This document shows positions 58,602 through 64,000 of a stretch of DNA of 64,000 nt, in pieces (the stretch's first letter is position 1; every line of letters begins with the position of its first letter). Source of the DNA: Chitinophagales bacterium (GTDB lineage: Bacteria; Bacteroidota; Bacteroidia; Chitinophagales; LD1); NCBI GenBank assembly GCA_046329555.1, contig JAXLUK010000002.1, forward strand, positions 128,983 through 192,982, given 5' to 3'. The notes beneath the pieces were generated by a model. That model was not told the origin of the DNA. It did not search any database and was given only the letters and a program-made list of their open reading frames with translations. A program made the position numbers and the translations under genes.

Positions 58602-59345
58602 TTATCCGAGTAAGAAGAAGGCAACGAAGAAGTTTACAATAATCACAAAGATGCTACTGAGCACCACCGCCTGTGTACTGGCTTTGCCAATTTCAAGTGC
58701 GCCCCCGCTTACATAGTATCCTTTATAACAAGGAACAGAAGAAACGATAAAGGCAAACAACACTGATTTGATGAGCATCACGATTACATCCCAATTCTTC
58801 ATGTAATCCTGCAAGCCTCGTACGTATTCAGCGGTGGTAAAAAATTTACCCATTACGCCTGCCGCCCAGCCGCCAATAATGCCCAGGAACACCGCAATAA
58901 CAATCAACATGGGCACCACAATTAATGAGGCGATAATTTTAGGGCCAATGAGATAGGAACGGGTATTGACGCCCATAATTTCATAGGCGTCGATTTGTTC
59001 CGAAATGCGCATAGAGCCCAGTTCAGTAGCAATATTGGAGCCTACTTTACCTGCTAACAATAATGCTGTTAGTGTGGGCGCCATTTCCAAAATGAGCGAT
59101 TTGCGCACAATAGAACCCATCCACCACATGGGCACCAAACCAATACCGCGCAATTGATACGCAAACTGTACTGCCGTAACTGCTCCGATGAAGGTGGAAA
59201 TGATAGCAATGATGGTGAGTGATCCAATACCGATATCGTTCATCTGCCGGAAGATTTCCTTGTAGTACATGCTACCTTTTTCGGGCTTGCTGATACTGTG
59301 CCGCACCATTAAAAGATAATTCCCGAAATCTTCAAAAATTCCCAC
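58602..59345 (-). CDS. MlaE-family ABC transporter permease
   Basis: It has the length and TM pattern of MlaE/YrbE permeases. It abuts the ATPase gene. Confidence 0.82.
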   Translation of the reverse strand: MGIFEDFGNYLLMVRHSISKPEKGSMYYKEIFRQMNDIGIGSLTIIAIISTFIGAVTAVQFAYQLRGIGLVPMWWMGSIVRKSLILEMAPTLTALLLAGKVGSNIATELGSMRISEQIDAYEIMGVNTRSYLIGPKIIASLIVVPMLIVIAVFLGIIGGWAAGVMGKFFTTAEYVRGLQDYMKNWDVIVMLIKSVLFAFIVSSVPCYKGYYVSGGALEIGKASTQAVVLSSIFVIIVNFFVAFFLLG

Positions 59346-59398
59346 AGCAGCGAAGATAAAAAATAAGGCAGGAGCGCGAAGTGCGAATCAACGGCGTT

Positions 59399-59429
59399 CC
59401 AATAAAAAAGGGGATCCGAAGATCCCCTT
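59399..59429 (-). terminator. Rho-independent terminator after the PpiD-like gene
   Basis: A perfect 10-bp stem AAAGGGGATC / GATCCCCTTT (59406-59429) has the loop CGAA. On the minus strand it is followed by TTTTTTATT. Confidence 0.75.
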
Positions 59430-59449
59430 TCCTTTTCATTTATGGTCAA

Positions 59450-61609
59450 TTAGTTTGATTCGAAGTTCAGTCGTTCGTCTTCTACATTAGCCAGTTTCTT
59501 CAACGTTTCCTGAGCGCCGCGGCCAGCCTTTCCGGCAGCCTGCTGTTGTAACTGCTGCATGTACTGCGTTAAATCAGTGGCTTTCGGCGGATCGATGCCA
59601 TTAATTTTCTGCACAACATAAACGCCCTGATTTCCCATTACCGGAGCCGACATTTTTCCATTAGCCAGACTTATACCCGCAGCAATAACAGCCGGCTCAT
59701 AGGCGCCACTTCCCAACATGGGGTTGGCAAACATCACGCGATCGGCCTGCTGTGCTTCTTTGCCCAATTTTGCCGCTAAAGCATCAACGCTGGCCGCGTT
59801 TGCATCCTTGATTTTCTTCGACAACAACTCAAATTTCTTGTCGCGGGTGCAGAACATTTTTACTTGTTCTTTAACCGATTCCAGGTCTGGTGTGCCTTTT
59901 GCTCGAACTGCTTCCAAATAAGCCACCACGTGTTTTTTATCGATAGTTTTTATTGGCGATACATCACCGCGCTGGGCATCATAAGCCCATTTTACAATGC
60001 TGCGCGCGTTGCCCAGGCCCATCAGCATAAAATCCTGTTTGCGCACAGCCATCAGGTCTTTCACTTGTTCAGGATGTGCCTTGGCAAAAGCCTTGAATTT
60101 ATCTTCACTACCGTTATCGCCGGCAAACTTGCTGGCTTCTGCATAAATTGTACGCTCCGTTTCAGGAGAAGGCAGAATTGACTTGGTAAAATAAGCCACT
60201 TTCACGCCGGGCTTCGATGGCTTTTCTTCCACCACCTGTAAAAACTTAATGGCGTTTTCCTGCTGAGAAACATAGCGGTAAGCCTTTCCTAATGTGGCAT
60301 TATGGAATACGATGCTTTTATAGAAAGCATCTTTCTGCGGATCATTAGCTTTTACCCAGCCTATCAAACCGCCATTCACCTTGCTATTATTATCATCAGA
60401 GTATTGGGCGGCAATAGCACCAAAATCTGCACCGAAAGAATCAATGGCGCGATATAAGCTATCAATCAGCTTGAAGCGAGCATTACGACCCGCCTCGTCT
60501 TTCACCTGATTAAAAGAGAACACCACTTCGCTAACGCGAACAGAATCACTCATCATTTTCCGGGCAGAAATTTTTGCCAATTTGTACATGCCGCCTTCTA
60601 CATAAGGCCCAATAACCGTTCCCACCGGCATCGACATCAAAGAATCTTTAACAACGTTTCCAGCCAATTGATCGGCAGTTTCATATAAATCAACAAAAGC
60701 CGTTTCGCTTTGAATTTTCACAAACATAGAATCTTCACTCTTGTTCTTACCGCCTTTGAATTCTTCCATTTTCTCTGCCAATGAACGCAACACCGCAGCA
60801 GAATCTTTTGAAGATGGTAGAATATCGAAAGCTACGTAGCGCACTTTGCGTGTTTCTTCTTCCTGACGGAAACGCGCTTTGTGATCATTGAGGTACTTTT
60901 TCAGCTCGTCATCAGTAATTTTCAAATCATTATCATTCACCTCGGCATAAGGCAAAGCCACAAAGCGGAGGTCGGCGGTTTTATTGGCATCCTCATAAGC
61001 CATTTCAGCCATCCAGCTCGGCGTGGTCAAGCCTTTTTGAACCAAGGTAGAATATTTTTCAACCAATTCTGACTTCTTCACTTCCTTTTCGAAAGCAGCC
61101 CATTGACGGCGCTTTGTTCCCGGCTCCTGGCCTTGCTCATCGCGATCCAATTGCTGCATGTACATCTTCACAAATTGCGGATCAAATTGTCCGGTTTGCG
61201 GATTCGTAAACTGTTGTTGAACGTAAGGATGTACATTCTTTCCGGTGAAAATCTCAACTAACTCATCATCCGTAACAGTGAGGCCGGAGTTGGCATAGGC
61301 CTTCTCCATGATTTTATTATTCACCATTTCCTCCCAGGTCTGCATCCGGATTTGCGTCTTCATATCATCGGTGATATTCTGGCCGCGCATCCGCTCTTCC
61401 ATATTCTTGGTATTCTCATCCACCTGTTTCTGGTAATCCTGATAGGCAATTCCTTCACCAGCTACGGTGCCGATATTATTCGACCGGCCGCCTTTCAGTA
61501 CACTGAATTGCGAATTTGTTGCATCCATCACCAGAAAGCCGACGATACTCAAGGCAATTGCACCTACCAGTACCCCCGAATGTTTTCTGATCTCACCTAT
61601 TACTGCCAT
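59450..61609 (-). CDS. PpiD-like periplasmic chaperone / peptidyl-prolyl isomerase (SurA N-terminal domain family)
   Basis: It has an N-terminal TM anchor (VLVGAIALSIVGFLV), is ~720 aa long and has SurA_N-like and parvulin-like regions. Confidence 0.72.
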   Translation of the reverse strand: MAVIGEIRKHSGVLVGAIALSIVGFLVMDATNSQFSVLKGGRSNNIGTVAGEGIAYQDYQKQVDENTKNMEERMRGQNITDDMKTQIRMQTWEEMVNNKIMEKAYANSGLTVTDDELVEIFTGKNVHPYVQQQFTNPQTGQFDPQFVKMYMQQLDRDEQGQEPGTKRRQWAAFEKEVKKSELVEKYSTLVQKGLTTPSWMAEMAYEDANKTADLRFVALPYAEVNDNDLKITDDELKKYLNDHKARFRQEEETRKVRYVAFDILPSSKDSAAVLRSLAEKMEEFKGGKNKSEDSMFVKIQSETAFVDLYETADQLAGNVVKDSLMSMPVGTVIGPYVEGGMYKLAKISARKMMSDSVRVSEVVFSFNQVKDEAGRNARFKLIDSLYRAIDSFGADFGAIAAQYSDDNNSKVNGGLIGWVKANDPQKDAFYKSIVFHNATLGKAYRYVSQQENAIKFLQVVEEKPSKPGVKVAYFTKSILPSPETERTIYAEASKFAGDNGSEDKFKAFAKAHPEQVKDLMAVRKQDFMLMGLGNARSIVKWAYDAQRGDVSPIKTIDKKHVVAYLEAVRAKGTPDLESVKEQVKMFCTRDKKFELLSKKIKDANAASVDALAAKLGKEAQQADRVMFANPMLGSGAYEPAVIAAGISLANGKMSAPVMGNQGVYVVQKINGIDPPKATDLTQYMQQLQQQAAGKAGRGAQETLKKLANVEDERLNFESN

Positions 61610-61680
61610 TGCTTAACTCTTTGATTTTTTAAAAGGAGGCGCAAAGTAAACTTTTTTAGGCAAAAACGTTGAAAAATGGC

Positions 61681-62304
61681 CTAAATACCTAGCTTCTCAG
61701 TCACCAACTGCCTGATTTGCAGCGCAAGTGCCGCTGCTGGCTGGTTTGCTGGCAAACTATAGATAACCTCCCGGGTATCTAAAAGACTGAAAGCTGCCTG
61801 ATACTGCTTGCGCACCGCCTCCAGATTTTCCAGTGTTTCATACAGTTCGGTGCCAGGGCGATTTTGCTGAATCCTCGCCATCGCATCTTCCGGGGTCATG
61901 TCCAGAAAAATATGGGCATCGGGGCGTAGCAACTGCGCGCATAGCGAATTGGCGGCAATCACCCAATCCAGCGACATATGTACGCTGTGATAAGCGTATG
62001 AGGAAAAATAATACCGGTCGGAAATAACCGTGGTACCTTGCTTCAAGTGATGCAACAATCCGTCTTCTTCATCAGTTATATGATGTAACCGGTCGGCCAG
62101 AAATAGACCCGCTATGGTGGTATGATCAGCCTTCATCTTTCCTTTAAAAATATCCCTGATCATGACGCCGATAGGGCTGCCCGTTGGTTCGCAGGTTAGA
62201 TGCACCGCCTGGCCTTCGGCTCGCAGCTTTTCTGCCAACAGGCGAGCCTGCGTGCTTTTTCCACTGCCATCTATTCCTTCAAAAACAATAAAACGTGCCT
62301 TCAC
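61681..62304 (-). CDS. tmk: Thymidylate kinase (dTMP kinase)
   Basis: It has FIVFEGIDGSGKSTQ (P-loop) and DRY. The ORF is open to 62418, but that start would overlap crtI. A GTG at 62304 (VKARFIVFEG) gives a canonical N-terminus, so the start is uncertain. Confidence 0.78.
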   Translation of the reverse strand: MKARFIVFEGIDGSGKSTQARLLAEKLRAEGQAVHLTCEPTGSPIGVMIRDIFKGKMKADHTTIAGLFLADRLHHITDEEDGLLHHLKQGTTVISDRYYFSSYAYHSVHMSLDWVIAANSLCAQLLRPDAHIFLDMTPEDAMARIQQNRPGTELYETLENLEAVRKQYQAAFSLLDTREVIYSLPANQPAAALALQIRQLVTEKLGI

Positions 62305-62401
62305 GGCGGCAATATCGGAATTTTGAATGACGTGATTACTGCTGAAAACGCCACGCAATGAACTTATTGTAGCAGTAAATGTTGTAGAGGTGATTTCACA
62401 A

Positions 62402-63871
62402 ATGTCAAAGATTGCCATTATAGGATCTGGTTTTTCGGGCTTGAGTGCAGCGGCCTACCTCTCGAAGGCCGGCCATGAAGTGCATATCTTTGAAAAAAAC
62501 GCATCACCAGGTGGAAGAGCCCGCCAATGGGAAACAACTGGCTTCACTTTCGATATGGGTCCTAGTTGGTACTGGATGCCGGAAGTGTTTGAGAAGTTCT
62601 ATGCTGATTTTGGGAAAAAGTCATCTGATTTTTATGAGTTAAAAAGATTGGATCCCGCATTCGACGTGGTTTTCAAAGGCGGCGAGCGGGAGGGTATTCC
62701 CGACAATTTCGATGCTTTGTGTAATTGGTTTGAGAAACAGGAAACGGGCGCAGGAAGTAAGTTGCGCCAGTTCATGGATGAGGCAGCTTACAAATATCAA
62801 GTAGGAATTGATGAGTTGGTGTATAAGCCGGGGCTCTCCTGGATAGAATTTGCAGATTGGAAATTGGCTACTGGTGTACTGCGCTTACAGGTTTTCAGCT
62901 CGTTCAGTAAACATGTTCGGCGTTATTTTAAGAATGAAAAGCTGATTGCGTTAATGGAGTTTCCGGTGCTTTTCCTGGGGGCCATGCCGGAAGACACGCC
63001 AGCCTTATACAGTTTGATGAACTATGCCGGCCTGAAGTTGGGAACCTGGTATCCGATGGGAGGCTTCGGTAAAATTGTATCTGCATTTGTTTCTATAGCC
63101 TGTAGCCAAGGCGCACAAATGCACCTGCAAGCGGCCGTATCCAAAATTGTTACCGACGGTAAACGTGCAACTGGTTTGATGGTTAATGGTATAGAAGAGC
63201 ACTTTGAAGTAATCATTTCCGGCGCCGACTACCACCATACCGAAACTTTGCTGGATGTAGCCTACAGAAATTACTCGGAGGATTATTGGAAGCATCGCAC
63301 TTTCGCGCCTTCTTGCTTGTTGTATTATATCGGATTGAACAAAAAGATATCCGGACTATCCCATCATACTTTATTTTTCGACGAGCCGCTGCATCCGCAT
63401 GCTATAGAAATTTACAAAAAACCGCAATGGCCCAAAAATCCGTTGTTCTATGTATGTTGTCCGTCAAAAACAGATTCCTCTGTTGCACCTGAAAACGCAG
63501 AAAACATATTTCTCCTGATGCCTATCGCTCCTGGATTGAAAGATGATGAATCGGTACGGGAGCAATACTTTCAGGAAATGGTTCGACGAATTAAACAACA
63601 AACCGGCGAGGATATTTCCCGGCACTTGGTGGTGAAACGAAGTTACTGCGTCAGTGATTTTGTGCATGACTACCATGCGTATGGCGGAAATGCCTATGGA
63701 TTAGCAAACACCTTATTTCAAACAGCCGTTTTTAAACCTAAAATGATTAACCGGAAATTGCCCAATTTGTTTTACACCGGCCAACTCACTGTGCCCGGCC
63801 CGGGTGTTCCTCCTGCTATCATTTCCGGGAAAGTAGTGGCGCAATTAGTTCAACAAAAATTATCATCATGA
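62402..63871 (+). CDS. crtI: Phytoene desaturase
   Basis: It has the FAD-binding motif IAIIGSGFSGLSAAAYL...FEKN..PGGRA, is ~490 aa long, and is followed by crtB with an ATGA overlap. Confidence 0.85.
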   Translation: MSKIAIIGSGFSGLSAAAYLSKAGHEVHIFEKNASPGGRARQWETTGFTFDMGPSWYWMPEVFEKFYADFGKKSSDFYELKRLDPAFDVVFKGGEREGIPDNFDALCNWFEKQETGAGSKLRQFMDEAAYKYQVGIDELVYKPGLSWIEFADWKLATGVLRLQVFSSFSKHVRRYFKNEKLIALMEFPVLFLGAMPEDTPALYSLMNYAGLKLGTWYPMGGFGKIVSAFVSIACSQGAQMHLQAAVSKIVTDGKRATGLMVNGIEEHFEVIISGADYHHTETLLDVAYRNYSEDYWKHRTFAPSCLLYYIGLNKKISGLSHHTLFFDEPLHPHAIEIYKKPQWPKNPLFYVCCPSKTDSSVAPENAENIFLLMPIAPGLKDDESVREQYFQEMVRRIKQQTGEDISRHLVVKRSYCVSDFVHDYHAYGGNAYGLANTLFQTAVFKPKMINRKLPNLFYTGQLTVPGPGVPPAIISGKVVAQLVQQKLSS

Positions 63872-64000
63872 AAACCTTGTACGATCAGGTTTCACGGCAA
63901 TGCAGCCGCTTGATTACACGGCAATACAGCACCAGTTTTTCACTGGGGATATGGTTTCTGGAAAAACCTTTACGGGAGCCTATTTATTCTATTTACGGTA
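63868..64000 (+). CDS. crtB: Phytoene synthase (3' end outside the window)
   Basis: The translation MKTLYDQVSRQCSRLITRQYSTSFSLGIWFLEKPLREPIYSIYG contains the squalene/phytoene synthase N-terminal motif YSTSFSLG. The window edge truncates it. Confidence 0.75.
   Translation, partial: MKTLYDQVSRQCSRLITRQYSTSFSLGIWFLEKPLREPIYSIYG

Overview
This 64-kb window looks like a chromosomal segment of a Bacteroidota genome, probably Chitinophagales or Sphingobacteriales. The taxon call is an inference from gene content: PorP/SprF, PorU/PorV-like genes, many T9SS C-terminal sorting domains, a GGGPS homolog and crtI-crtB. I support about 48 CDS. I saw no rRNA, tRNA, transposase, integrase or CRISPR array. 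Housekeeping genes are rnc, ftsK, lolA, der, tyrS, fabF, acpP, a nifU-family gene, a surA-like gene, moxR, purN, accC, polA, sucD, mlaEF-like genes, a ppiD-like gene, tmk, crtI and crtB. They are interleaved with an unusually dense set of type IX secretion (T9SS) genes. The first T9SS group holds a 5'-truncated surface protein of more than 1860 aa, a 2315-aa adhesin made of 32 tandem Cys-containing repeats with a type B sorting domain, and an adjacent PorP/SprF-OmpA fusion. The second is a tightly packed minus-strand string (36394-25616): a small unknown gene, a PorV/PorQ-family barrel, a 1735-aa PorU-like C25 peptidase, a lipoprotein, an S8 protease with CTD, and a collagen(GPT)/C1q-like protein. 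The most unusual non-coding feature is a ~1.3-kb mosaic array of palindromic hairpin repeats at 46.2-47.5 kb, upstream of purN. It has BIME/REP-like grammar: two reverse-complementary hairpin families with compensatory stem changes, nested 149/282/186-bp units, and 39-bp flanking direct repeats. GC-rich non-coding islands lie nearby. All functional calls rest on motif recognition in the supplied translations; no database search was possible.
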